Of a DNA stretch of 64,000 bases, positions 26,312 through 40,906 are shown piece by piece. Within the stretch, counting starts at the first letter, position 1; each line of letters starts with the position of its first letter. Below the pieces are notes generated by a model. The model saw only the letters and a program-made list of their open reading frames with translations, had not been told where the DNA came from and did no database searches. Where the stretch lies: assembly GCA_964057225.1 (NCBI GenBank), contig OZ059894.1:6076001-6140000 (forward strand), read 5' to 3'. The translations under genes and the position numbers were made by a program. Source of the stretch: Auanema rhodensis. Its lineage: Eukaryota > Animalia > Nematoda.

Positions 26312-28248
26312 TTATCTAATTCCTGTTTTTGTCAATTTAATTTTCGGCTTATGTTTGAGGCAAGGAGAATTGTCTGAAAGAACGAAAATATGAGTCATGT
26401 TACGAATAATATAAAGTTTTTTTTTTGATTTCATACTTAAAGGTTTACCTGTATTTAGTCTGAACATATCTGGTTCATCGTATATACTATATACACATCG
26501 TAGACGATTCATATCATTTTCTTTGGAATAACGAGTTGCATAAACTTTGGGGGCATAATATGGCAATGGTCCTAGGAATAATGATGTTTTACTATTTTAA
26601 TAAATTCCTTCTTACCTCCATATGGAGCAGGAGCGCAATCACAAACTCGAGATCTCCACATGTTACTCCAATCGGGATGCCATGAATAGCCATGTGGAAC
26701 TGCATCAAAATTATCCAACATTCCTAAATATATATTTCATTGTCAACAAATGCAGAATGAAAAAAAGAAAAAGAACTAGAGGGAGAAACCTTTACAACTC
26801 AAACTACGTTCTGGACCATGTGGGACTTTGAAGTATTTACAAAACCATTTGAAAGCCTTAATTCGCCTTGATTCTCCTGGTCCGCCAGGTTCATCCGAAT
26901 CTTCTCCTCCACATTCATTATTGATGATCAAACTTGTTGGACCAAATATGGGCCCAGCAAAGCCTGCTCTTCTGTTTCTTTCAGATTGTTTCCAATCTCC
27001 TTTAATTGTATAGATATAAGAAATTATTTAAATATGTTCAATTACCAACAACAATGCTATGCATAGATGGTTTAGGAGGTTGTGGAGTCATATAAAACCA
27101 TAATGAAGCTATCATAGCAAGAGGTGGATTCATTTTTGTCATAACCTTTGAATAGCAAATTGGAAAAATGAATACAACTAAGCAAATCTCACCAGATTAG
27201 GATTAGCTAATAGATCAACAACAATATTTTTTGTTAAAAGAAATTGTTGGAATAAGCCATAGTTATAGTTCCATGACAACTTAACAGGAAATATTAGAAA
27301 CAATGATAGTTTCTAATTACCTGAAGTGGACCTCTTCCAAAGTAGCATCCTTTATGGTATGTTTCATTCGCATGTAGTTCTGTTTTCTGATTACAAGGGT
27401 ACCAATATTGAAGTAAAGCATCTTCTTTACAATATCTAGCATCTTGAACACATCTTAATAAAATTAATTTTTACAAGTACAAAAATTGACCAAAAGTAAA
27501 CCTTTTTCCATCTTTAACAGAATATCCTGGAAATGCCGGATGCAGAAAATCAGATGTAGGACCTCTTTCAAACCAATTGTAAAATCCTCCTCGATAAAAA
27601 CAATCAGCTTTTTCATCATCTGTCAGTGTTTCACTAAAATGAACAAGTATATCTTTCATAAATGATAAATTTCAGTTCACTTGTTATATAAACCAAGATT
27701 GTTTTCTCCTGTTTCTTGTAATACGTGAGCGAAAAACGCGGCAAGATCTCTTTTATGATGTTCATCAGGTTTATAAGTCTACAACCAATATTTTATGTAT
27801 AATCAAACTCTTCTTAAATGTATTTAAGCTTACTTTAGTTGGATGTTCGTTACCAAATTCTGGAAAGTATCTAGCAGCTATTATGAACGATTCATAAGAA
27901 TAAGGTAAACATTCATGTGGACCTAACCCTATGTTTGATTTAGGAAATAAATCCTGAATAGATAGAAAGGACAATCATATAATTGATCAAAAATGCATTT
28001 TTACATTAAACATTTCTTCGGTAAACCATTTTTCTATTGCAGATTTTTTAAGATTATTAGGATCTGAAGCAGGCTCACAATTATCTTCTTCTACTGGTTT
28101 ACCATATACTGGAGCTTTTGGACAATATACTGGTAAATCAGCTATAATACAAACATAATGTTTCATTATATTATAAATTAATAAAATAGTTACCTAAAAT
28201 TAATGTAATTTGGCATAATAATGAACATAAGAGGCAAATATATAGCAT
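26312..28248 (-). CDS. Secreted glycoside hydrolase family 19 (class I-like) chitinase
   Basis: Signal peptide MLYICLLCSLLCQITLIL. Motifs YSYESFIIAARYFPEFG, RDLAAFFAHVLQETGEN, YFGRGPLQLSWNYNYG, SLWFYMTPQPPKPSMH and FGPTSLIINNECGG. Confidence 0.93.
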
Positions 28249-29579
28249 GTAGCAAATTTGAATATTAGCTGATAGTTCCTATATGATATGTTTGATTTGA
28301 ATATACTGAGCAGGAGCAACAGAAAGATTTTCAATGATTTTTCTTCTAGAAGATTCTGCTTTGCCAGAGCCAGTAGCAACTCGAATGCAAAAAAGAAGTT
28401 CTAGCCGGTTTTTCTAAAGGAGATTTGGCTCTCGGTTGACACGACGGTATATAGACGCCCGACCCTGACCTTGCTTCTTTGCATCATCGTTTTCTTCATA
28501 AACGTCGTCGTCTTCTTCTTCTTCTTTACCAGCATTTTCGTCGTAGGTGATGTTTGCACGATGCTGCTCATCTAAACACTTAGAGAGACTATTTCTTTAT
28601 TCGTAGGGACAGTGACCGGTCTAGCTTTGTTCCATCATCACACAAACATCGAAAGAAGATATAGTTTCCTTGCCCGGCTTCTGCACTTTTTTGGACGTTT
28701 TTCTTCTTCCGAAAACATTATTTTAGTACTTTTGCCCGTTCAAATTAGATGGATTCTATAGAATTTATTAAGTTGTATATATATGCACATAGGTTTGAAT
28801 TAAAACCTTAACTACAGTTTAGAGAAAGAAATTTAGTTGATTACTAATCAAAAGCTAATTTTCATGTTTTACTTCCAAGGAAATCCTTATTAAAATCTCT
28901 TTAAGATTCTTGAGAACTACTTCTTTTTATATTTTAATCTTCACACCTAAGTATGTTGACTTTTCCAATTAAAGCTTTATTGTGAAAGCTTATTAAATCA
29001 CTATTGTTTGAAAAGATTAATTTCTAATCTCTTTATTAATCATTAAACGAAATTTTCTTTTTTACACGATTTAGATATCAATTTGTTTTTCCTGCAATCT
29101 TGTTAACTTAGCAATATTTTGCGTTTCAGTTGATGTTATGTTTTCTGGTTTTTTTTTGGAATCCTTTTTTTTCCAAATGATGTCGATGAATGTAGCAAAT
29201 GGTAAACGAACAATGAAATAAGAAATATATGCATTCATGTCCTGAAGAATATCGTTGTCAGTAGACGATCAGTAAGTGATAAGAGAAGTAAATGATAACA
29301 CTTTGATGGAGAGTCATAAAGCCTATGTTTGTCTTCCATATTATACAAATTTATCAGATTATTTGGAACACAATTATTTTAAAATTCTTATAATAATTAA
29401 AATTAGTGTATATGATAAACATATCTATGTAATATTTAAATTATTCTACTATATGAGAATATATGACAAAAGTATTTATCTATAAGTATAATATATTTTA
29501 AAAATTAATAGAAAGAAGAAAGATTTTAAAAAATTTCATATTTCATACTCGTTTGTGTTTAAGACTGCATAACAATATA

Positions 29580-29642
29580 TTACGGTAACTATCACTCCTA
29601 AATTACTGTAACTGTCACTCGTAAATTACTGTAACTATTACC
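29580..29642 (+). repeat. Short tandem repeat, 23-nt unit x ~2.7
   Basis: ttacggtaactatcactcctaaa / ttactgtaactgtcactcgtaaa / ttactgtaactattacc. Confidence 0.75.
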
Positions 29643-32600
29643 AGCTATCAGCTAAACAGCGCGCAAATATTTCTTCCAAAAACTGAAAACGGAAAGTTTC
29701 ACAACGCAGTATCTCTTCTATAAAATTATCAATTTACTATAAAAAAAAAAGAATTATGAGTCACAGATTGTAATACTTAACTGTATTCACCTGAATGTCT
29801 GATTTAGCAATTTTAATTGATTTTTTCTAATTGAAAATACTATAAAAGTATAAAATCTAATATCAATTTTTTTAAAAATTGTATTTTCTCCTTGGGGGGG
29901 GGGATTGATTCTAAGGTGTCATAATATTGTTTTATCTCAATTTTTTATGTTCTTATCGCAAAATTATAAGACTGTTATTCTGGAAAAGATCGTAGAATAT
30001 AATATATTCGTATATTTAATATTCAATACAAATATATTAATTCTTAATATAGTCGTTTAACAATGAAATTTTTAAAATTTTTAAAAATGATTGATAACTT
30101 GATAGACTGTATATATTTCGACAAGGTTTTTTTTGTCAATTCATTAAGTGGTTGATACGATTGTTCACATTAATTACGATTTTCAATTTACCTTTTTTTT
30201 TATCCAAATGACAGAAAAAAGAAACAAAAGCTTTTTAGAAACAAAATCTTTGACATATACATATCTAATATGTGAATAAAGCTTTATAATTTATATGATA
30301 ACTAGAGTGACTAGAATAATTTGAATTAAATTTAATTTATTAACAGATTTATTTATATTTATGTTTTATAACAATTAGTTCCATAATCTTTGGACTATCG
30401 TAGCTTCATGGACTCAAAGTATTATTCTTCCACACGTGGTTTTTTCAGATAAGAATGCATTGCAGTTTCAGCACAATATTGGAGAATAAAATGAAACAAG
30501 AAAAAACAAGAAAATTGTGATTAATATTTTATTTGATTATAGTTTGATTATCTGACTACGTTATGTGTTTGGTTACAACCTGTATGATCAGACGGTTATC
30601 AGCAATTCAAGTATTTTTATAAAATTGAAACTCCGTCTTCATATGTTCCAATGAGCACAATTTGTAATAGAATTAGTTTACAAAAATTACAAAAAGCATA
30701 TGTGGTTAGGTATATAACTGATAAATCAGTAATTTGATAATGCTTTGTAAATTCATGGCATTCTATTTATGTGTCCGCCTTTTTCATATCCTGGATGTCA
30801 TCTACTTCGCCCTTTCTTACGAAATATTGAACGTTTATTGTTGTCAAATAATGAATAATTTGATAGCTTATATTAGAAGTAATATGATTACATATCAATA
30901 AAATATTAAATTCTTTGACTAGTTCGGGTTGATTCACTCATACTAATTACATTTTGATCAAAACTAACCCTCCCTTTTTACTATTATAATGGCGAAAAGA
31001 ATAAAAAGAGCTCATTGTACTTACAAATCATAAATTGAAATTGGTCATTGACGTTTTATGAACCAAAATTATTTTATTACGTCTTCGTCCAGTACGAGGA
31101 AAGGTAATGATAAGCTAAGGATCTTCTTGTGTTCATCTTCAAATACATTTTCATAATTTCGATTTAAGAGATTGAAATGAATTTAGAATTTGACAAAAGC
31201 TTCTTTTAAAAGGTTTGAATGCGTGCTTCGTTCAATAGCTTGATGTACAAATCTGAAAGTTAGTCCTCAGAAATTGCTCTGTCAAGTTATATAGCTTCAT
31301 CGAAAATATTCTAATATCTGTTCAATTTCTGCATAAACTTTATTATAATTATGAAACAATTAGAGCTTATCAACATTATAAAATATGCTCATAAAATGAA
31401 AATTAAATAACTTTCTAATGCTGATGCTGGTATTAAATAAAGAGATCTTAATATCTTGATAATATTTTATTTGTTTCTATCAATATTTCAATATATAATA
31501 TATTTTAATAAATTTACATTTGAAAATTGAAACTATAATGAGAGTTTAACAACTTGTCTTATCATTGCACATCTACATTGAGATAGCTACTATACAATAG
31601 TTCATTATAAACTCATAAAAACTATTATATTATTCAAATAAAATTATTCCAATACAAATATATATCTTACTAATTTATTATAAAAATAATTAATTGATTG
31701 CATATCTTGCAATAAGTTTGATTGATAGTCTTCTAAAACTATTACATAAACTTATTTCTTTCACATAGAAATAATGTAATATACATATGTATATCAATAC
31801 TCTATCTAACATCTATATGCAGTTATTTTAAGAATTCTTTATTTATTATTATCTTATAATAGATCAAGCTTCTATCATAATATCTGTTCGCTGATGTCCA
31901 CACTATTCAAATGGTTAACATTAGTCGATTGCAAAATTTGATTTGGATTGACTACCTTATCTATATCACTCGCTCATAGACGTCAGCAGTAATGTTAAAA
32001 ATACAACGAAAAAGAAAGAAATTGAACTATATAATAGAGATTAATGATTCATAATAAAACATTTTAGGGTTTTAAATAAGATTCTGAACTGCTTCAAAAG
32101 TACTAGATCAGGTCATTTGTCTTATTGAAAGTATATCTGATCAAAGTATTTGTTAAAACATAACTGAATTCGAAGGACTTCTCAATCTACCGTATACGTT
32201 TAATAATATAATTATCAAAATAATATTCATCATCTAAACGAAATTAATTTAAATGAATCAATTTAATCAATTGATGCGAATTTGACGTTGAAATATATCT
32301 TTTTTTCTTTTTCAGTTTTGAACATTCTTTGTTCAAAGTAATGAAAATGATCAGATCAATGTCATGAATGAAATGAAACTGATATACATTGCATGTATGC
32401 ATACGATAGAAGAATCTACTGTAGTATAATCGTAACCAAATGTACTTGAAGAATTAACAAACTAGGTAAACGTTATTGGGTATGCAAAAAATCTGAATGT
32501 TTCAATTTTTTTCAAGTTTTTCGGAATTATTATTATACAATCAAATCTTGTGCACAAAAAAGAGCATAATAAAACATAAATAGTTAGATAGATGGATTTA

Positions 32601-33529
32601 TTTATGTTCTATTCTATTCTATTTTCTTTCTATATGATAGTTGCTGAAGTTCATCTGGAACTTTGATGGCTTTATAATAGACTTTATTATACAATCTATA
32701 AGCAGAAAGGACGAAAGAAGGAATAAGAAAGAAGAGAGTAACAGAGAATTTAATTGAATAAGTTAGATAACATTGCAATAATCTTCGTCATGTATACAAA
32801 TTAATGAGCACATACATGATAGTAAACTATGACATTTTAACTTTTTACTTATATTAAAATATAAAATCATATAATTATATAATATATTATCACTCAACAT
32901 ACTTGAATACAAATACAATTATTTCATCAAAAACATGGAGCCTAAGAAAAACTGGGTTTAACGAAGTTATTATAAGAATCAACCGATTATATTGCTAACA
33001 TGAAGTAAAATAACGCACTTTCTGAATTTAAGCATAAGTTCGATGAAGTTTTGCTTAATTGGAAAACCAGTTTTAAGATTTTCAATTGTTATTTTTGAGT
33101 TTTTGTTTTTTTTTAACTTTTATTGTTTCTCGAATTCAACTACGGCATCAAGCACTAGCTAATCATGATGCGATCTGGAACATTTAAAAATTTTTAATGT
33201 TGGTAATGAAATCAGATTATATATAGCTCAAATGCTAATATATTCTCATTCACTAGACTACTAGCATCACGTTTCTACTTTCTATTTGTAGCATAGTTCT
33301 TGTGAACAATAAAGTGAACCATGTTTCGAGCCACGTCTTTATAATTCTTTTATACAGGGAAGGATAGTTCGAAAAATGATTGAAATAGATACAGAACATG
33401 CTGCTACTTGTCGTCCGCTTCAACCGGCTTCTCTTACGTGGCGGAATTCTTCTCATTCAATCTGAATCTCTTCTCTTCCTATAATCTCTTTAGGATCAGT
33501 TAAAGTCCTGCTCCTTTACGACCGCTTGC

Positions 33530-33545
33530 CCACATATATAACGGC
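33530..33545 (+). promoter_or_regulatory. TATA box of the Cys-rich repeat gene
   Basis: catatataac within a GC-richer block (33400-33870), ~620 nt upstream of the tttttcag-a-ATG acceptor at 34161, consistent with an outron. Confidence 0.4.
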
Positions 33546-34160
33546 ATGTTCTGCTCTCTGCCTTCTTCAATGTCTTATCAGTTCAGGAGCAGCTCGGTGG
33601 CTGCACTCCGCCAGCTTCTGAGCTAAATTTATCTATCAGCCCAATACACTCTATCAACTGCTAGTATGCTCCATCATTCCGTCTTTGTCACACATTAACA
33701 GCAATTTCGTGTTCTTATCTAACGATTTCGGTCTTCGACTACGGTAATTCGACCGAAAACCAAAGCTGCTATGGCTTGCTCGCACCTCAGTTTCATTCAT
33801 GCACCTCCTGAGGGTCGGTGGACCTCGAAACACTCGCTCTTCGTTTTATTTGGCCATTCAAAGGGTCCAAAGTTCTTAAGACCTCTCATCTTCAATTCAT
33901 TTAACATCTTAGCGGTTATAATTTCAGACTCATGAAATTTCAACGCAAGCGTTCACACCTATGGTTAACATACTGTAACTGTTTTATGTCCAATTCAATA
34001 TGTTAAATTTTTCATTATTCCATTTCAATATAATATCCTTGTAGAATCAACGTTTTCTTATGTAATTCTATAAAATTTCTATTCTATCGAAACAAAGTTT
34101 CGCCATTCTCATATACATATATTGTTCTTTGAATACTTAACTCTACTTTTTTTTTTCAGA

Positions 34161-37100
34161 ATGCGCTTGGGTATATTCCTGGCCCTAGTGGCCTCAGCAG
34201 CAGCTCTGCAATGTAATATTGGTAATTATATAGTCGAAAGTGGAATTATCACTTCCAAAACCTTAGAATCTGTGAGTTGAAGTTTTATGATTCTTATTAT
34301 TAACTTACTAATATATTATCTTATAACTTCATAACGGCTATATGTTACAGAAAGAATGTTACGGTGCTTGCTCTCGTACTATTTTGCCAAATGGTCAATC
34401 TTATGTTGTATTCTTAGCTTGCCAAGAGAATGAGGTTCTTATGATTCAAAAGCAACTGAAACTAAATATTGAATATTCAGATTTCCATTTTCGTCAAAGA
34501 AAAGGAGCGCCAACTATCCTGCTCTGCTTCTGATTTAGAACAGGATCACTGCTTATGTAAGGACGATTTCTGCTCTGACTTCAAGGCTGAAGAAAATCTT
34601 GTCGTCAAGCAGGTTGCTGATGTTACTGCTTCTGGAGACACGTAAGTTCTATAGATATTAGCATGATTATCAAATCCTTGTGGAATGTTTGCCACGTTTT
34701 TCTTTAATTATATTGTATTTAATTATTTGAGCCATATAATATTTCTTATCAGCCATTATATGACTCTTTGGAGAGTCAGAAAGCTTGATAAACTGAATAC
34801 AAATTTAGTATTAAGCATATGGCACATATTATAAACAACAATTAAATTAATGTTATTTACAAAACCAAATTTTTACTTCTTGTTTATTCTTTATTTTCAG
34901 TATTGGACCCAAATGCTATGTCGGATACTACGTCTCCAACATTACAACCAACATTCCTACCGTGGCAGCTGGAGACACTGTCTACTGTGGACCTTACATG
35001 GCTTGCGTCAGCTTGAACTCTGCAATCATGGGCTATGATGTAAACGCTTACTTCTGCACGCCACAAAAAATATGTGACAGTTTGTTAAACACAGAAACAC
35101 AATGCGGAAATGTCACAGCAGAACAAGGAACCGTTACAGGATGCTGTTGTACTGATGCAGACTGTCTGAAGCTCGCTAATAAAGTACAGCCACCTCCAAG
35201 CCCTACTGTTGTTAATGACACTCAAATCATCTCATGTTACTCTGGTGCTTACTTGAATTATGCTCCTTTATCTGGTGGAGCTGTTACCAAATGCGCTGGA
35301 TCTTGCTCATACTTCTCTCTCCGTACTACCTTTGGAACTGGAAATAACGCAAAACAACATATGCTCGACATTTACACATGCGACCCTGTAGAGCTCTGTA
35401 GTGCCCTCTCTTTGAAGAATGGCTGCGGAAATTTGGCCGTTGCCGGAAGTAAATCAGTTATTCGTTCTTGCTGTTGTGACAAAGACAACTGCATTGACCC
35501 TACTGCCAAGCCACCAGTCTATCCAGTTAAGCAACTTAAGTGTTATACTGGTATCTACGTTCCGGCTACGAACTATTCCATCGGAGCTGAGCAATACTGT
35601 GATGGCCAGTGTGGACGTGTAGAAGTAGCTATTGGAACAACTCTTGTCAAGTATATGATGTGTGCTCCATACACAACCTGTCAAGGATTCGGAATAGCCC
35701 AGGCTGACCAATGCTATAACCCACCCTTGGAAGAGGAAAACAAGGTCTGCTGCTGTTCTTCTTTTGATAACTGTAACATAGACAAACAAGATAGAAAAAA
35801 TATCCCAGTGAACCCATTAGTTGTCCCAACCAATAACTACCCTATCCTCTGTTACGGAGGAATTCATTTGAACGGTGTTCCTATCAGTAATGGAGCTTAC
35901 AGCTTGTGTTCTGGAGAATGTGCCACTGCAAGCTTTGTTACCACTGTTTTTAACCAAGCTCACAATACTACCATCTATACCTGTGATCCAGCCAATGTCT
36001 GCAAAGCCGCTGGAATTTCTAATAAGTGTGACACTATTGGTGGAATTCAAGGCCTTACAGCTTGTTGTTGTGATCAGGACGTATGCTTCGACCCCAACAG
36101 AAAGAACTTCGATGGAAAACTGACTTGCTTCACTGGTATCTACATCCCACAAGATAACTTTTTGTCCGGTGGAGAAATGCTCTGTGATGGATGGTGTGGA
36201 TCATTGTCCAGCAAAGTCAGCAACAAAACCACTTATACCTACTGGTGTGCTCCTGTTCCATTCTGCCGGAAATTCGCTCTCGGTATGGGAGGAGACAATA
36301 ACTGCAACACTATCCAAGGAACTGACAATAGCTTGCAAGGTTGTTGTTGCTCTGAGAAAAACAACTGCAACATCCCAGACAGTATCATGAACAATGTGAC
36401 GGCTATCCCAGCTAGAGTAGAGCCACCAATTGTTTGTTACGAAGGACTTTGGGTGAATGGAGCTCCAATCACTCGTGGACGTTACCGTGTTTGTGATGGA
36501 GAATGTGCTTCCGTCTTTTTGGCTGACGCAACCCCTAATGGAACTATAAATAACGCTATGCTGTACACTTGCGAACCTTCTGGTTCATGCGCAACATTAG
36601 GTCTTCGTAACAATTGTTCCATGATTGATGGATCCGTTACTGCTTGCTGCTGTTCTTCTGATGCTTGTATTGACCCTAATGTGAACCGTTCTCCAGGAAC
36701 ACAACTAACCTGCTACGTCGGAGTTCAAACTCCTTGGAATAACACAATCTCTGTTGGAGCTGAAGTTAATTGCAACGGAAGATGTGCTAACTTGACCAGT
36801 ACTGTCAACAATCAACCCTTCACTTCTTACCACTGTATGCCAACTTCAATCTGTAACGGATTTGGTCTGTCAAACAGCTGTAACAGCTTAAACCTTGATC
36901 GCAACATCCAAGGATGTTGTTGTGATAACGGAAATAACTGTAATGTTAATTCTCAAATCAATACTACTACTCCAGTTGTGAAGCCTACTTCCCCTATCGC
37001 CTGTTATCAAGGAATCAAAGTTAACGGCGTTTTTTCCATTGGATCTTCCTGGCAAGCTTGTCGTGGAGAGTGTATGTCTATCACTCTCAACACCACTTAT

Positions 37101-40100
37101 GCTAATACCTCATACATTGCATCCGTCTACAGTTGCGACCCCTCATCTGTCTGTGGTAGCCTCGGCATTACCAACCGTTGTCACGACATCGAGCCTAATA
37201 CCGTCCGTGGATGCTGTTGCCCAGACTCTGGATGTATTGATCCAACCATTACTCCTGAAAAGAAACCCCATGGAAGAGGACTTATGTGCTATGTTGGAGT
37301 GATGTCCTCCTTCAATAACTTCAGTGCTGGAACTGAGAGCGTATGTTACGGATCATGTGCTTCTCTTACGACTACTCTTGGAAATGCTACTGTCACTGCA
37401 TTCGCTTGTGTTAACACAGATCTCTGTAACAGCATTGGTCTGTATGACAGTTGTGGTCCAATTCCACTAGATAAAAGCATCAACGCTTGCTGCTGTAATA
37501 ACCACGACCAATGTAATATTGATAACTTCAATATTGCCCCTTCGAAGCCTGTTCACGGTCACGATTTCCCCACTGTTTGTTACTCAGGTCTTTATGTCAA
37601 TGGAAATAACATCGGAGGAGGATCTTGGCAAGCTTGTGCAGGAGATTGTGTGTCAATCACCGTTAACAATACCTTCAACAGCAAATTCTATATGGCTGAA
37701 TTTTACACCTGTGATCCCTCTCTCATCTGCCATCAACTCAATGTTATCAACAACTGTACCAATCTTGAGAATGGATTTGGAGCTTGTTGTTGTGACTCTG
37801 ATGCTTGTCTCGATCCTACAAGATTCCCACCAAAGAAGCCCGGAAACCCCCTTAAATGTTATGTTGGTTTGAAGACTGATAATCTCAGTATTGGATCTGA
37901 AGTTTACTGTAATGGAATGTGCTCATCCATTTTTGGAAAAATCGGAAACCCACGCGCTAACGTTACCGCCTTTATGTGTTCTCCAACTCGTGTCTGCAAA
38001 AATCTTGAAATCGATGACAGTTTCAAGCCTCTTCCTTACGACCCTACTTTAAAGGCAATGTGCTGCGATAATTACGATAACTGCAATGTTTTCGACAAGT
38101 CTATTAATGTAACCAAACCTGTTCCAAAGATTGTTGAATACCCCATCTCATGCTACAGTGGAGTACAAGTCAATGGTCAATGGGTATCTGATGGAGGTTA
38201 CCAAGTCTGTAATGGAGAATGTGCTATGCTTACCTTAAACTCTACATACAACAACAACGTATCTGTCGTCGCTTCTATCTATTCTTGTGATCCTACTGCT
38301 GTTTGCCGCGGTCTTGGTGTTATTAACACCTGCAAGAAAATTCAAGACGGTCTCCAGGGTTGCTGCTGCAACACCAACGGATGTATTGACCCAACTAAGA
38401 CTCCACCCAAATTGCCAGGAAACCAACTCACGTGCTATGTTGGTCTAAGTGTTCCAGCTGTAAACATTAGTGTTGGAGCCGCTGTTGCCTGTGACGGAAA
38501 GTGTTTTAGCATCTATGGAATCGTTGGTCAACAACAAGTTACAACATACCATTGTGTTGACAGATCCATCTGCAGGTTTGAACAACATATAAAAAATCAA
38601 GTAATACTTATACATTAAGATCTTTGGAAATAGACGATATCTGTAGACCTTTTGACAGTGCTAGAGAGATCACCGCTTGTTGCTGTGACAACGAGAACTA
38701 CTGTAACAACAAATATGTAAGTTACTGTACATTACAGTATGCAGCTTATAAAATTGATTTTTACAGGCTCCTCATCCACCCCTTCCAACTAACATTGAAT
38801 ACCCTATCACTTGTTGGTCTGGATTGTACGTTAACGGAAACCAATACACCACTGGAAAATGGGATGCTTGCCAAGGAGATTGCGTTTCTATCAGTTTGAA
38901 TACCACCATAGCAAATAAGAACCACACTGCTACTCTCTACACTTGTGACCCATCTCAAATTTGTAATGCTCTCAATACTTCCAACACTTGTCACCAAATT
39001 GAGGACGGAGTCCAAACATGTTGTTGTAATACTGACGCTTGCCTCAACCCTACTAGCGGACGTAAGCCAGGAAACCAATTAATGTGCTATGTTGGAGTTA
39101 AGACTCCTACTCTTAACACAGGAGCTGTTGTACCATGCTCAGGAAAATGCGCTTTGCTCTCAGGAACTGTCAATGGCACTAAAATTGAAACCTTCCACTG
39201 TGCTGATAACAATATTTGCCGTAGCTTAGAACTTTTCAACGAGTGCCAGCCTCTTCCAGGCGATAAGGAAATATCTGGATGTTGTTGTGACAGCAGAAAC
39301 AACTGTAATCTTGATTACACCGATTCAAAAATCGTACCCCCAGCACCAGCTAACTTCACCGAACCTCCAATTGTCTGCCATACCGGTCTTCTCGTGAACG
39401 GAAAATACCTGGCTCCAGCTAGATACACACCTTGCCAAGGAGATTGTGCTGTTGTCCAAATAAACACCACAATTGCCAATGTTCAGCACTCTGCTTCCAT
39501 TTTCACTTGTGATCCTTCTAGAGTTTGCCAAGCTCTTAACACAAGTAACACCTGTAACATGCTTGCTACAGGAGTAAAGGGATGTTGTTGTAACACCGAT
39601 GTCTGTATAGACCCCGTCCGACATAGGGTAACAGATTACAAATAATGTAGATATCTTTCTAACACATTATTTTCAGTATCCTGACAAGCCACTCACTTGC
39701 TACGTTGGAATCTACGCAAAATCCAACAACTTCTCCGTGGGAGCTGAGGTGAGTCTTAAGAAAAACAGAGGAAAAATATTAGTTACTATAATTTTTAGAT
39801 TAATTGCGATGGCATGTGTGCTTCTCTGGAAACCCATTATCAGGATAATTTGGTTAAATCTTACCACTGTGTTTCACGATCTGTCTGCTCTGGTCTTGGA
39901 ATTGACAACAGTTGCAACAGTGTCACTACTGACCGCGAGATTAAGGGATGTTGCTGTGATAACGCCAACAACTGTAACGCCGTTAATGAGCCAGTACTTG
40001 CAAACGCTTCTCTGCCCAGCTCCGCTGACAAGTCTGTTGTTTGCTGGTCCGGACTTTATCTTAACATGAAACCACTTTCCAAACCTGGGTAAGTTTTTGA

Positions 40101-40481
40101 ATCTTAAAACACTTAAGTCCAAATCATCATTTCAGTGCCACCATTTGTAACGGTGATTGCGCCGTCATTCAATACAATACCACTGCTGTTGGCAACCAAA
40201 CTCATAGCTTGACTCTCTACACTTGTGATCCCGTTACCGTTTGTACTACTCTCAATCTCAAGAATACTTGTGGCACTTTGGACGGCGTTACAGGACTCAC
40301 TGGATGCTGTTGTGACTCAAACATTTGCGTTGACGATACATCAATTTATCCTAAGGTCAGTCTTAAGCTATCATAAAGCAAATTTATCTTATTGTTACTT
40401 CAGAATACCAAGTCAACGATGGTTCTTAACTCATTCAATGCAGTACTCTTAGCTCTTGTATATATGATGCTGCGATGGTAG
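34161..40481 (+). CDS. Large cysteine-rich repeat surface protein (ET-module / three-finger-like), ~19 modules, probable GPI anchor
   Basis: Signal peptide MRLGIFLALVASAAA. Repeated LxCYxG...CxGxC...C.P..C...C...CCCxxDxC units. One ~3.7-kb exon (34901-~38575). Hydrophobic C-terminus TMVLNSFNAVLLALVYMMLRW-TAG. Confidence 0.9.
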
Positions 40482-40906
40482 ATGTGATAATTCGCTATAT
40501 TTTTAAAAATTTCGTTGAGATAATATTTATCCGCAGAGACTCTCAGATGCATTTATATTTGTTTTCTTTCAAGAAATAAACTTTTTAACATTTAACATGT
40601 ACAACTAGTTTATGAAACTTCTCAGATGAATAGTAAGAGCGTTGAGTTCAATTTTTATAATTTTTTTCCACCAAGTTGGAAAAACATCATAATAATAATA
40701 TAATATAAATAATATAATTGAACATAAAGTTTTATAAAGCTTCAAATATAAAACGAAAGTAGTATTTTTTAATGAAGATAGTTTATTTTCGGACAAGATG
40801 TTAACAACGCAATCAAAACAATTTCCAACAAAAAAGTTCAACAAAAACAAAAAAACATATAACAAACAAATAACACTGAAATATTGATACAACCAACTAA
40901 ACATTG

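Noticed and set aside
29580-29642. CRISPR-like repeat
   Set aside because: Head-to-tail tandem units without spacers, in eukaryotic DNA with no cas genes.
35419-40122. Several alternative-frame and antisense ORFs inside the Cys-rich gene
   Set aside because: Shadow ORFs expected from codon bias in a long GC-richer exon.
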